Position numbers and translations under genes: made by a program. Below, in pieces: positions 26,151-38,850 of a stretch of DNA of 64,000 nt; positions within the stretch are counted from its first letter, which is position 1; each line of letters begins with the position of its first letter. The notes below the pieces were generated by a model. It searched no databases. It saw only the letters and a program-made list of their open reading frames with translations, and was not told the DNA's origin. The stretch is from Camelus dromedarius (lineage: Eukaryota), in NCBI RefSeq assembly GCF_036321535.1, contig NC_087436.1:77316001-77380000 (forward strand), read 5' to 3'.

Positions 26151-27104
26151 ATGATGTGAAGTTCAGGACTCCTGAGACATAGGAAGGACTAATGCTTTTA
26201 TAAGGATTTTAACCAGAGTACTTAAATCTTTAAAAATTAGTCATTCCTTAAAGAGCCTTTTCTAGTTCTCAGAAAAATGATCTATCTCAGGACTGGAGAT
26301 CCTGGTTAAATGGGACCTTGAAGAGAATGAGTTCTTTATAAAATTATATATATAATTATAAAAATTTCTTTAGAGGATAATCTAAGGTTTGGAGGTAATT
26401 TTAGAAGCAGACATGTTTTTACAGTCACTGTTTTTGTTATCTTTTTAATTCCTGCCACTGCTTGTAATGGAGCCCTATTGCTTCACCTTTCTAAGTCTAT
26501 TCAGACAAGTACAGGAGCCATGACTAGTTTCATCTCCAAACAAACAAATAAATAAACAGGACAAACCACAACTGCAAAAGATAGACTGAAACAAGAATCA
26601 AGTGGCCCGTGGCCTTTTGGACTTGTTGTTATAAACCTACCCAATTTAGGCTAAACCTCAGCAGTGACATTGGGTGACAATAGTTGGGAGCCACTCCCTG
26701 GGAAGGATCATGGACACCTCTTAGTTTTGTTGAATCGTGACTTTGGACTGTAGTGAAAGGGAAGCATGATCATAACAATTAGATTTCTCACCATGAGGGC
26801 AGACAAGAACAAGATTTATGGCCGCTACCACCTGGCTTCCCTTTGGCCCTCCAGTTTCACATGAAGTCACATGACACAGCACACTATGTCCATACAAAGT
26901 GACACTCAAGATGATTTGTGGTAGTATGAGGACAAACTTTTTATTTTGATACAAATATTTATTGTATATTATGAAAGAAAGGAAGTAACAAATCAAACTA
27001 AGGATTTCGTAGACATCATTGCTTTAGACAAGTAATATTTAATTGGAGGTCGTACCTGATACGACAGAAATTGTCAGTGTCATAGCTGAATGATGAAAGA
27101 TTGA

Positions 27105-27330
27105 GGAATAGTAGCACTGACCCAACATAGACCCCAAAATTGAAATTCTGGCTCTGTAACTTCCTAACTGTGTGACTTTGGCAAATCACTTTAATCTTTG
27201 AGGGACCACTTCTTAAAATGGGGAATATATTCCAAATTTCATCATTATTTTTGTGAGAAGTAAATAAAATAATTCATTTATAGACACTAACATTGTGTCT
27301 ATCCTGTAGTAAGTACCCCAAATTTACAGT
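27105..27330 (+). mobile_element. MIR SINE
   Basis: ctggctctgtaacttcctaactgtgtgactttggcaaatcactttaatct. Confidence 0.8.
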
Positions 27331-27344
27331 TGCCTTTACTTCTA

Positions 27345-27450
27345 TCACAGTAGACTCCTTGAGGACAAAAATTTTCTTTTGTACCATTACATCTCTAGAA
27401 TCTAGCCCAGTGCCTAGCAGTCAATGAATGCTTTTTGAATAAATAAAAGA
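27345..27450 (+). mobile_element. L2 3' terminus
   Basis: agactccttgaggacaaa...tctagcccagtgcctagcagtcaatgaatgctttttgaataaat. Confidence 0.7.
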
Positions 27451-28879
27451 ATGTATATACAGATATTTCAAAAATACTAGTAACAGTTATCAACTTTAAT
27501 ATAATATTATAAAGGACAAAAACAGAAGAGTTCTTATTAATAAGTGATAACCTTAATAATAAATGAGTTCCTGGCAAAAATAAAAAAGAATGTATAAAGA
27601 AATACAATGATTCTAAGACATTTGAATTGCTTGGTAAGTTAAATTAATTGGACTTTTTTCCTCAACTTTTATTCAATCTAGTAAATATTTTTTAGGCACC
27701 TACTATGTACTAAAAGCACTCTTTTAGGTTAGATGATCATTAGCTTCAGAGACCTCACAACATATGCTGCAAAATGATTCCAACACAGATAAGTCAGAAC
27801 ACTAAGCAGGTCAAGTTTATCTGAAAAATTACTAAATGTTTAATATATCTGGCACAATTTGAATTTCCTTAGTCCCTATGAGTTTATTGGTGCCAAATAA
27901 GTCATTTAAGAGTGATACTTAAATTTTGCAACTTCTTCCTCCTTTACAGTAAATACTTTAGGTTCCCAGACTTCAGAGGGATATAATTGATACACCCCCC
28001 AACACCAGTAACCTAGTTATATCTGAGATTAGTCAATATCATCTCAAATGTTTTTATAAAAATCTTGGTTCCAAATAGGTTCTCCATGTGCTCTGTTAGG
28101 CAGGGCAGGCTCCCTACTGGACCGTGGGTGGCCTGTCAACATTTCACTCTACAGCACTTCATTGCTGCTCCAACAGATACCATGTTACCTATGGCTGCTT
28201 TACCAGACCCCACAATTCCCAACCTATTGCCACATTTCTTCCAGATTCAGAAAGCACAATTACTGTTTCACCAGGCAGTACCAGAAACACTCTGAATCCC
28301 CATAGTGCCCACGATGGGAAGCAATCTATGGCAAAATTGGCAATGGGAAGGTGACTTTCTCTCCTCCAACTTGCACTTTATTAGTCCCAAGAAATGCTGG
28401 TAGCTAGTATTTTACAGTCTCTTCAATTGTTACTGGTAGTTAAGTACCAGAGAACAGTTGAAGAGGTGGTCAATGTGATACATTTGAAATAACTCCTTAC
28501 CTCTGGTAACCAGAGCTTTGTTACTAGCACAAGTTTATTTGCTGTACATTGCCGCAAGGATTTGTCACTGGCTCCTCAAATTCATATTTTCCAAAATTTA
28601 ACTCATTGTGCTATCTTTCAAACTTACGTTGACTCCTAATCCCTTATGCCATTTTTTGGCTAGTTTTTGGTTTTATAAGTTTGTTTGTTTCTTTGTCCCT
28701 AGATTTAAATTCTCCCAGAAAATTCCTAAAGTTCATAGCTCAGCAGACTGCTAGGTTATCACACTTGCCTGAACTTAAGCTCTGGACACAGCCTGTACTC
28801 AGTTTGGGATCCTCAGTTATATGTGTGGATGAAAGTGACAAGAGTTGGCATTGAAGAGGTAAAACTTAGTTGTTAATCT

Positions 28880-29778
28880 TCAAAGTCATTGGGAACCACT
28901 GAAGCAGGGAAGGAAGCCATCAGAATTTAATTTTAGATAGATCCTTTTGGTGGGATTAGGGTAGATGCATTGGAAAGAACTAGAAGCAAAGAATGTAGTA
29001 ATCATACAGGTGAGATGAAATGAAAACATGAAGAGATTTGTTAGGTATATACGAACTAAAATGAGCAGAATTTGGTATATTACCCCGATAAAAGAAGTGA
29101 AGGAAATTGAGAAGTTAAAGGTGACTTTCACCTTTCTGGCTTCCAAGCTGAGATCAGTAGAGTAAAGTGGTTAAATGCATAGGCTCCAAAGGCAGAATAC
29201 CTGGTTTTACTACTTCCTAGCTGTGTGACCTTGTACAAGTTACTTAGGCCTGCTTTTTCATTAGATATAGGTAGTAATTACTTCCTAGGATTTTTTGGAC
29301 CACTAAGTGAGTTAATGTTTGTAAATACTTGGAACAATGCTTGGCACAGAGGAGACATTCAGATAGCTTTAGTTATTACTTTTATAGTTTGTGGTTAAGA
29401 TAATGCTTGTTGTTATTTTAATACTATCAAATGGATGGTAGTGGTGCCCCTAGTTGGAACGGGCAATAGAAGAGGCAAAACATACTTGAAAACTAAGGCA
29501 GTGTTTTAATTTAACATTACTGAGTCTGAGGTGCCAGTCATATATCCAGGTAGAGACGTACAGCCAGAAGATGAGCCTGTAGTCCTAGCAAGGGCTCTGG
29601 CTAGAAGAACATGAATAGGAAAAATTGCCTTCTAAAATTTTGCTAGGTTTGGGGAACTAAACGGAAACCAGTGCATTCAGGAATAAATAAAATGAGAATG
29701 TGGTGACAAGAGGTTTGGCATATTTGTTCAAGAAGTTGTAAATGAGAGAAAACTATGTATGGCAGTAGCTAGAGAGAC
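28880..29778 (-). mobile_element. L2 LINE fragment split by a MIR
   Basis: gttaaaggtgactttcacctttctggctt, resuming after the MIR as ggatggtagtggtgcc...tgagtctgaggtgccagtcatatatccagg. Confidence 0.7.
29153..29385 (+). mobile_element. MIR SINE
   Basis: gtggttaaatgcataggctcc...cttcctagctgtgtgaccttgtacaagttactta...aatgcttggcacag. Confidence 0.85.
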
Positions 29779-29786
29779 GGAGAATT

Positions 29787-30130
29787 TAAAAAAAAATTTT
29801 TTTTATTGAAGTATAGTGAGCTGACAATGTTGTGTCAATTTCTGGTGTGAAGTATGTTTCAGTCATCCATATACATATGTATATTTCTTTTTATATTCTT
29901 TTTCATTATAGATTACTACAAGATGTTAACTATAGTTCCTTGTTCTGTACAGTAGAAACTTGTTTATCTGCTTTTGTGAGGCTTCTCCTTGTATTTCCAA
30001 TGTAAGAGATATTCTGCCAAAGTTCAGTAGGTATTCAGGGTGAATTGTTCCATATGTAGATGTAGTTTTTGGTGTATTCATGGGAGAGGGTAAGCTATGC
30101 ATCCTTCTCCACCATCTTGGCAATCACTCA
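29787..30130 (-). mobile_element. Internally deleted (possibly spliced) mini-L1: 5' end fused to 3' UTR, TSD-flanked
   Basis: Minus strand reads CCAAGATGGTGGAGAAGG...ACATCTACATATGGAACAATTC (L1 5' end), then CAG|ATAAACAAG...CTTCAATAAAA (L1 3' UTR and tail). Direct repeat GGAGAATT at 29779-29786 and 30131-30138. Confidence 0.85.
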
Positions 30131-30289
30131 GGAGAATTCTTTTAGTAAAAAAAAATTTTTAATAGAATTTTAAAATATTTTAAATAGAAATAGAATAGAT
30201 TTTATATATTTGTAGACTGAGCTTCTAAGAAGCCAGAGAGGGCAAGGAAAGAAAAATATTTAATAAAAATCTAAATTAAAACTAATATT

Positions 30290-30490
30290 AATTATTTACT
30301 ACTGAAAAGACATATTTGTTTTGTGTCAGCCACTGTTCTATGCACTTACACACATTATCTCTCTGGACCTTCAGAACCAAGCAAGATGGGTTCTGGATGT
30401 GGAAGCTTGGAGTTTGAGAGTAAGCTGGAGTGTGTAGCCTTGCACCCAGGACCACTTGGTACCCAAGTTCATGTCTCTAAGCACTGTACT
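30290..30490 (-). mobile_element. MIR SINE (degraded)
   Basis: catatttgttttgtgtcagccactgttctatgcacttacacacattatctc. Confidence 0.6.
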
Positions 30491-30669
30491 GTTTTGCCTC
30501 TCATACTTGGAGTAAAAAATGTTCTAAGAACAATAGGAGGGGTCAGAAATGAGACCAAAAATGGAAAATCAGGGACATCAGACAGTTGAGGATATGGTTT
30601 AAGAATCTTTGGGTTGGGTTAGAAAGGAAGATATTAAATGCCTGAGAGGATATAGAAAGCAGATTTCTC

Positions 30670-31030
30670 CCCTGGGGAAGCTACATGACAGTCAGATGCT
30701 GGTTTCAGAAAGATTCACCGTTCTTTCCACCCTCTGTTCCTCTCTTTCCTCCAGAAGGAAGTTGATCCTAGAGATTTCAGCCCATGCATTAAACAGGAAA
30801 CAATAATAAATGTGTAGAATTCATATTTTTCTAAAGGGAGCTTAAAAACTGCTGCTAAATGTTATGTACAAAACTGGTTTATGCCACATGAACAGAGAAT
30901 CACACATTCAGTTTCGGTACTTTCGTTCCTCTTTTGTATTCAGTTGTATAGTACTTCCAAATTCAAAATGAGAAGAAAACCTGTTCTGTATCAAACCATC
31001 TAAGCAATAAATGTTATATTTAAAAAAAAA
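30670..31030 (+). pseudogene. 5'-truncated processed pseudogene (mRNA 3'UTR retrocopy), parent unidentified
   Basis: AATAAA at 31006-31011, A-tail from 31022, perfect 16-bp TSD AGAAAGCAGATTTCTC at 30654-30669 and 31031-31046; interior does not resemble a repeat I know. Confidence 0.88.
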
Positions 31031-33674
31031 AGAAAGCAGATTTCTCATACCTTGGCCTCTGTGAAAATAAAAATGACATGATTTATATTAAAATGTTAAA
31101 TCCTAATATTCAGTTGTCAAACGCTAGTCATCAAACAAGTTTAACTGACTTGTACTTTTTCAAAAATACCTAAATGTGTTAGTTCTCTTGAGAAGGTGGT
31201 AAGACTCCTTTGGCAAGGAGGATCTGAAAGTGATATTTAAAAGTAGTAGTCCTAGATGTTCATCTATCTACACTGATTTTAGGCAGGAAATACAGTGAGA
31301 TTTACTGGTGTGTCTATTTTTTTCCACAATAGTTTGAATGTGGTTAATGGGGTAATTGTTAGCAGAACCTTCTCCTTACAGCAATGTTGGTGGGCTTTAA
31401 AATCCCTTGTACTTAAATTATCTTTCCACCCCTTGTTTTAGCTATCCAGTATTTACTCGAGAGAAAAAAAAATCCCTATTGATTCATACTAGGCTTATAA
31501 AACGGAATGTGTGCTTCTACTTTTTATAGGCAAATGAAATAGAATGATTATAAACAATGAACTTGCCAGCGTGATACTGCTAATCAGCTTGTTTAAACAA
31601 AACCTGATTCATGTGCCAAATACCTGCCATCTTGTTAAGGAACACTTTGTGTTCTTTGTATGTGGCCAGATTTTATTCCCCAGAGATTTGATGCTATGAG
31701 GCTGGAATTCAATTTGTATGTGGTTAGGAATGATATTAGGTTCTAGACACACTGCCAGGACATATCTTTCCAAACAGGTGGGAGAATGAGGTGGAGTGGA
31801 AAAACTCTACAGTGGTGCTTGAGGAGATGCATAAATAGATTTATTTTTATAATGGCCTTTCAGAAATCTTCTCAGCCTTTTTCAATTACTCAAGTTAATC
31901 ACAAGGTTGGGACATTCTCATGACATACTTTGTATTTTCTTTTGCTTAACACAGTGGAGAGGATGTATTTCAATGTTTGTAAATATCCATTTTTCAGAAA
32001 CTCTTTACATACATTTCATGAATCCATATTTGGTTTATTCCTTTTTCGCCTTCTGTTAAAAAGACATTTATCAATTTAAAAAACGTATGGCACAGAAACT
32101 TTCTCCTGGAAGCGCTAAAGAAATAAATTATTTCTGTGCTTTTATATACAGCACTAAGCTGTCTCTTAGTGGAATGGAGATAAATATCTTACCAAATGTC
32201 TGAAATGTTGGCATCAGTGCAGGCTAATCTGCATGTCTGTGGTGGATATGAGGTCATTCTAGAAAACTGTACTCAGATAAGGCCATACAACTACTTTTAT
32301 TTGTCCCTTTTTAAGTTATTGCTACTTGGGTAAATTCTGGAATTTTATGGAGTATTTTTTTCCTGGCCATTTCGCCTCACTGTGTCTGCTAAGTAAGAAA
32401 GAAATGCATCTCTGCAAATATTTTACATTTTATATTTTTTAGAATAAACATATAAAGTCTGCATTAAGTTTGCCTATATTAAGCATTTCATCCTAGTTAA
32501 TTGCTAGTGGGGTTTAAAATCTTGTATCATAAAACAAACATGCCTCATCAGATAAACTGGAAACTGTTCCAATTGAGTCTGTGTTCTGATTCACGGAGCA
32601 TTTGGGTACTAACCTTGGAAAAATTGACAAAATGGAAGAAAAAAATGCTTAACTTTCTGGAAATATATTATGGAAATAAACTGTGTTAATACCATCCTTC
32701 ATAGTTAGATCAGCCTCCAGCTCAGTATATGCTCAGCTGTCTTTTTCCGACTTACGTCTATTTCACGTTCCATGACCTATCTTGACTTAGTGGGACTGGA
32801 GAGGAATCTACTTCTGCCCCTTAACATAAACACAATGTATGTCTACCTAACAAAGAAGTTAATAGGTCTTGGGTTGCTTCAAGTTAATACCAATCAACAT
32901 AGCTTTCTAGTTCATTAAACTGAAACCTTTTCACCAATGACTGTCTTTGATTGGACCTGGATCTGCTGACCTACTGCTGTCTATAACTAACATTCTGTGA
33001 CCTTAGAGAAAATGTCAATTTCTGGAAGATATAATGAAAGAATAATCTAGCTTGCCGTATACATATCCTTAAAGACAATGAATTGTTAGTGTAGTCTTTA
33101 GATTATGGAATTGATACTGATAATCAGCATCTCTTTAGTCCTTCTGTACAGAATAATAGTACCTTTCTTGTTACCAAGGATGAAAATTAAGAGCAGTAAG
33201 ACTGAGTTTAAGTTAAACTCTGGGAAATTAATACCTATAAACAAAATTGAATTATCTATAGAAATGTACAGAAATGCTTGTGGAATTTTCTCTGGTCTCT
33301 GCCCCTCTCTTCTCTGTGAGAAAACTCTAATTCACTATTGCTGCCCACATGTCCTCCTGTAATCGACAGTGCATAAATAATCTTAGTCCTTCAGTTCCAT
33401 CTAGAAAAATGATCAATTTCTGTTTAGTTATTGCAGAGCAATATCACTGGCTTTCTAATCTGAAAACCAGGTAAACTAAAATACACAAGTTTGCTTGTTA
33501 TTGAGAGAAAATAGAACATCTCTTTTCTCAGGTCACTTTCCCTTAAATTATGACATTTTTTGTGAAGATACTCCTAGCCTCTGTTGTCCACATGAACTAT
33601 TTTTACTGGGATTAACATACTTGGGATAGGTTGTACATAGAAGTGGCAGCTTTTGGTGCCTTAGGAAAGGCCCA

Positions 33675-33855
33675 AATGATGTGATGAAAAGAGTATGGGC
33701 CAGGTGCTCATCTGCCTGGGTAGATCCTGTCTCTTACACTTTAGCTCAAACCCTAGGCTTCTCTGAGCCACTTTTCATATTTTAAAAATTAAATAAGTTA
33801 ATTAATGTTAAAGCATATAGAACAGTATCTGGAATACAGAGAAAAATCATTAAGT
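33675..33855 (+). mobile_element. MIR SINE
   Basis: gtgatgaaaagagtatgggcc...cttctctgagcca...aaagcatatagaacagtatctgg. Confidence 0.7.
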
Positions 33856-34734
33856 TGAAAATCAATCAGTCAGTTCCTGCAGGTATGCACATATCAGGTC
33901 AGTCCATGGACTTTGCTTCAACAGGCATCTGAAAACCATTACACACCAGAACTCTCTGAGGAAGCTCAACAGAACAGTGACAATTGTATGTAATTAATTC
34001 CTAAAAGAGCAAATCTATTTGCAAGACTGAATTATTGGTTCAATAAGCTCCCCATTATAGTCACAGTAATCTTATGGGAGAATCATCTCTCAAGAAACCC
34101 ATAAGAAATATTGGAAGTGATAGTAAATAGTTATTTCTCATTCTTTTAACCAGAATATCCCATATTAATGGCTTACTTATAGTCTCCGATTTCTCTTCAG
34201 TGTATTTTATATATTACATGAAATACATGAAAATGAGTGTTCTGATAGTGGCAAAGAAAACTGAATTGTCATAATGTGATAAGGACATTGATAATTAGAT
34301 TTGGTCTAAAGGCAGAAGAATACAATACCAAGAAATAAGCGACAGGATATAGCAAAAGACAGGGATGTGGGACCCAAAAGAGTAACTCAGGTCCCTTACT
34401 TACCCATTTTCCTGAATTTAAAGTGTATTGTCATATTTTGGTGGTTTTAGAGGTTGTGAAATAATTATTTAGATAAAAATAACTACAATGAAACTACTTG
34501 GGAATATGCTGCATAGATGTTGAAATTTAGGGCCCTTTACACTCTGTCATTTTCTACTTCCCCAGCCCTTTTTCCCTCTCTTTCCCCACAGCCACCCAAT
34601 AAGATAAGCATTCTTTCCTCCAAATACATTGTCCTTTTGTCTTACCTTTGCTCCCCTACTTCCATGGTTATCTTAGCCCATCTTCAGCTGACAATATCCA
34701 GCCTACCTCCTCATATATCTAGTTTAAGATGAAT

Positions 34735-35360
34735 TAAGAAGCCAGTAGCTGTGGAAGAGAAAGAAGCAGAAAAGGTAGATTATCCTTCTAAAAGTTTGTT
34801 AGTGAAAAAGAAGAGAAAGGTGGAATAATATTGAGAGTCCTTGAGGAAGATTTCCTTTCTTTATTCTTTTTATCTTTATGGATATATAGAATTTTGCTTT
34901 AGACTGAGAAAATAAATTAATAAGGAGGAAGAGAAAATGGTATGTACTGGAAAAATGAGGAAGCATCATAGAGAAAATCTGGAGGAGGTAAAAATTAAGA
35001 ATTAAGAGTAAGGATGGGGGTATATCTAGAGTCTAGGATGTAGTGTATGATAAAGCTTCAAAGAGATGCTGGAAAGTTATTCATCTGCTTTGGGAAGTAA
35101 GGAAGAGCATATAGATGAAAATGTGTGTAGACAGGTGAAAGGTGAAGAATTTGTGTGACCTTATTATGATGCTCTGCATTGTCTCAGTAACATAACTGCT
35201 GAAAATGAGAAATGCAGGATTGGAGGTGGACACCTAAGAAGAGTAGAAAATTTCTGGAAGGGCTATCATAGGAAATAAGATAGATTGTCAGCTGAATTTA
35301 AGGAATGCAAAGTTAAATTGAAGACCTAGCTGAGATTAAATACATATAGAGTTGATGTAA
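34735..35360 (-). mobile_element. Degraded L2 fragment
   Basis: Purine-rich antisense L2-like text, e.g. aaggtagattatccttctaaaagtttgttagtgaaaaagaagaga. Confidence 0.45.
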
Positions 35361-36024
35361 GTTGCAGTTAAGGAATCTCCTATTTTGTTCATTTAAGAAT
35401 AAGGCATGATACTGTACCGTTACATTTTATGATTAGGTTCATGATAGGTATAGCAGATCATTGGCATAGTTACATGTCAGTGTTATTGTTGGCAAAAGAT
35501 CAAACATTCCTGAAATTGCAGAAGCAGCATGCCTTTCTTCAAGACTTTAATTATAATAAAATAGATAAATATTGGTTTCCAAAACAATCTAATGTAATAC
35601 TAACCTGTCCTAGATAGAATTATATCTGCAGATGTACCAAGAACTTTTGGAGGTTTCATTCCATTCTAATACATTCTGTTTTGTAAAATGTTGATATACA
35701 TGGTTTTACATTATCAGAGTTGTCAGTTAAGAAGATCTAAGACTACAGGATTTAATGGTTATTTTACCATTTTAGATGTGATGATAGAATCTAGATAAGG
35801 TTCACTCAGTTTGGGTATAGATAGGAGATCATAGAAACATTGTTTTTAGACTCTACTACAGGTTCAAATAGAAACTCGATATGGTAATGGCAAGGAAGTC
35901 AAAAATGGTGCAGGCACTGGGGGGACAAAAGTGCTAGCAGTTTTATCTTGGATAGAAGAGGGAAAGTACAACCTCTTCTTTTACCTATATCCCCAAATAT
36001 TATATAATAGAGTAATAGTAACTA

Positions 36025-36447
36025 TTGTAAAAAAAAATTGACCAGAACATTTATAATTGCTCGAACATCTAGAAGTTTATTTCTTGCTCACAAGACACAG
36101 TCATGAACTTTTTCAGTTTAGTGGAAAATAAGAGATAGTTTCATCCCACTTAGTCAATTAAGAACCAGGTTATTGGTGTCCCTGTCATCTTCAAGACATG
36201 GATTCCCAGGTTTTATAGCTGTCTCCTTCCAATGAAAGAATAAGAAAGGTCGTGGAAGTTGGCTTCTAGGATGTTTAATGAGGCAATGTAGAATCCTTGC
36301 ATGTTGGATTGTGCTAACATTCTATTACCCAGAACTCCGTTATGTGGCCAAAGCTAATCAAAAATGAAGCTGAGAATGTGATCTATCTGTGTGCCTGTGA
36401 AAAGAAGAAAAGAGATGTGAATGACTGTTTCACAGTTGGTGCCGTAC
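36025..36447 (-). mobile_element. MaLR solo LTR (old MLT1 type)
   Basis: aagtttatttcttgctcac...cattctattacccagaactc.gttatgtggcc...gctgagaatgtgatcta: antisense MLT1K/L-like motifs. Confidence 0.7.
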
Positions 36448-37821
36448 TAACTGCTGAGTAAGACCTATGACAACAGCAATTGGTATATTAATCTAATAGG
36501 GAAAGTTATCTCCTACTTAACCCCAATCTACCCTTAATGATTAGGAACACTTGAATGGTTTCTTTCTAGTTAGTTCTTGTTAGAATACATTTTTAAAGTT
36601 AAGAAATCAGTAATTAACCTCCTTTCCAACATTCGAAGACTGTTGAATATAATTAGAATTCACCTACTCAATGACATTACTATAAGTACCCTTAATGATG
36701 ATAATGAGACCATGCAGAAAATTCTTTTTTTTCAAAGACACAAAGTTTTATCCCCACAATGATTGGCAACTGTAAAAATAATGAGTGCATTTTGACTTGG
36801 GGGCAGGATAATATTGATTTGTTAAAATAGTGGGATTTTGCATAGTTTTTCGTTTTTAACCATTTTCACTATTGCTTCAATATAGTTTATGCAATAAATT
36901 AAAATTCTTGCTTTTTAAATGATGAGTACAAGTTTCTCACATGTGTTTAAGTGCCTACATTAAGATATGTTCATGTATATGTTATGTTTAAAAGGCTGCT
37001 ATGGAATTATCAAAATTCAGAATATACTTCTCTTATAATCTTGACTTTGAATGTAGGCTCTCCATAGCAAGTATGCCCAGATGCATTCCTTGAACAAGTG
37101 TCATCATTACTGGCTTTTTTACTATGTGGTCTGTGCTATGTCTTAAAAAATGTAGTTTATTTTTTCTTATATTTGGGAGTTAGGTTTGTGTGAACATATC
37201 TTAAAATGTAAAAAATTTTAATTAAGACAAATGAGAATATTCCAGAACTTTTGTATTGTCTAAGGATTAAATGAAAATTATTTATATTAAATCTTGGCTT
37301 CATTAGATAGCACAAGCTTCAAAGTTTCACAGAATAAAGATTTTGCCAAAAACAAAGGGTTTTTGAGGGAGAGCATAATTCAAATCAGATTTGCAATTAT
37401 TCTCTTCTCTCCTAATATCTTCCCAACATGAAAATATACAAATTCCTGATAATCATAGATGAAATCATATGTCAAATTATAGCTTGAGTAATTATAAGGA
37501 GAAATTTATAAAACTTTTATAGATACATTAAATTATTTCCTACTGTAGGACAGAGGATTTTGTGTCAATGTGTATGTCTCTGTGTGTGTACTATGTGTGC
37601 ATGTTTAGCATGCACGTATGACTGAGTTTTCTAGTTTTCCTTTGTCCTAGTACCAGTTCGTTAGAATGAGATTTATTGAATAGGTTAATGCCACAGTCAG
37701 TTTTTACAACATGTCTATAGATAATTAGATACACATATGGGCTTCTTGGGTTTCACCCATGTCCATGAAACATTGATTTGGTCACTTATAATACCTACCA
37801 AAATATTTCCATATTAAGGAA

Positions 37822-37976
37822 GTTGTTCTTAAACTTAATACACAAAAATTAACTGGATAGCTTAAGAAAAGTATAGATTTCTAATGAAATAAAATTAGAG
37901 GGGCATGAATATGCCTTTATAATAAGCACCCCTTCCAAGGCGTTTGCTCCGTGGATCACGTGTCAAGGAACACTGC
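37822..37976. mobile_element. MER5-like hAT MITE
   Basis: gttgttcttaaactt...ataagcacccc...gtcaaggaacactg, degenerate MER5-type ends. Confidence 0.5.
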
Positions 37977-38176
37977 CTTAAGGAGTGAGTCAAGGGATAT
38001 TTTGATGTTTGATTCTTTTATCATGCATCTTACCTCAAGGCTTAAGCAAAATGATATTTCTGCAATGAATATTCTGTGCCATTCATATTTAACCTGAATT
38101 ATAATGACACATGAAATTCCTGATTAATAACTCACCCTGTTTTGCCTTTAAACATGAAACACCCTAAGCTGTAGAA

Positions 38177-38850
38177 CAGGAGCTTGAAAACTATGGCTCA
38201 TGACAGCCAATTCTGGCCTGCTGTTGGTTTTGCTATGCCTGCAAAGCCTAGAATGGTTTTTACCTTTTGAAATGGTTGAAAAAAATCAAAAGAAGAGTAA
38301 TATTTCATGACACATCAAAATTATATTCAAATTTCAATGCCTATAAATAAAGTTTTATTAGTTTTATTTATGCTCATCTGTTTATGTATCACCTGTGGCT
38401 GTTTATATGTCATAATAACAAAGTTGAGCAGCAACCACAGAAACTATATGTTATGCTGTCATCACTTTGCATTGCACTTCCAATCACAGTGGCACAATTA
38501 TAATTCTATAGTCTTTTAAGTGCCACATATATGGTCATATCACATCATTGGCAAAGCGGTGGCGCTGTGGTTGTGCTAAAGTAATAAAATGTATATCTAC
38601 GTTACCAAATGAAGCAATCATCAATTATAATCCCAAATCATAAGAAAAGAATAGTTAGAAAAATTTAAAAACTAAAATGAAATGTCTCATCATAGCAGAC
38701 TTCCTTCACAAAAGTAAAAAATGAAAATGAAGATACAGCCATTGTTACTTTCTGAGTCATTCATTTGTTAGTTAAGCAAGGAAAACCATTTGCTGATGTT
38801 GAGTTAATTAAATCATGTTTGATTGCAATAGTTGAAGAAACTTATCCAGA
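38177..38850 (+). mobile_element. Cheshire/MER58B-type hAT-Charlie element with transposase remnant
   Basis: MER58B-like left end (aactatggc...gaatggtttttacc...aaaaaaatcaaaagaagagtaatatttcatgacac). 38774-38850 encodes [25 protein letters not shown], a Charlie transposase-like motif. Confidence 0.8.
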
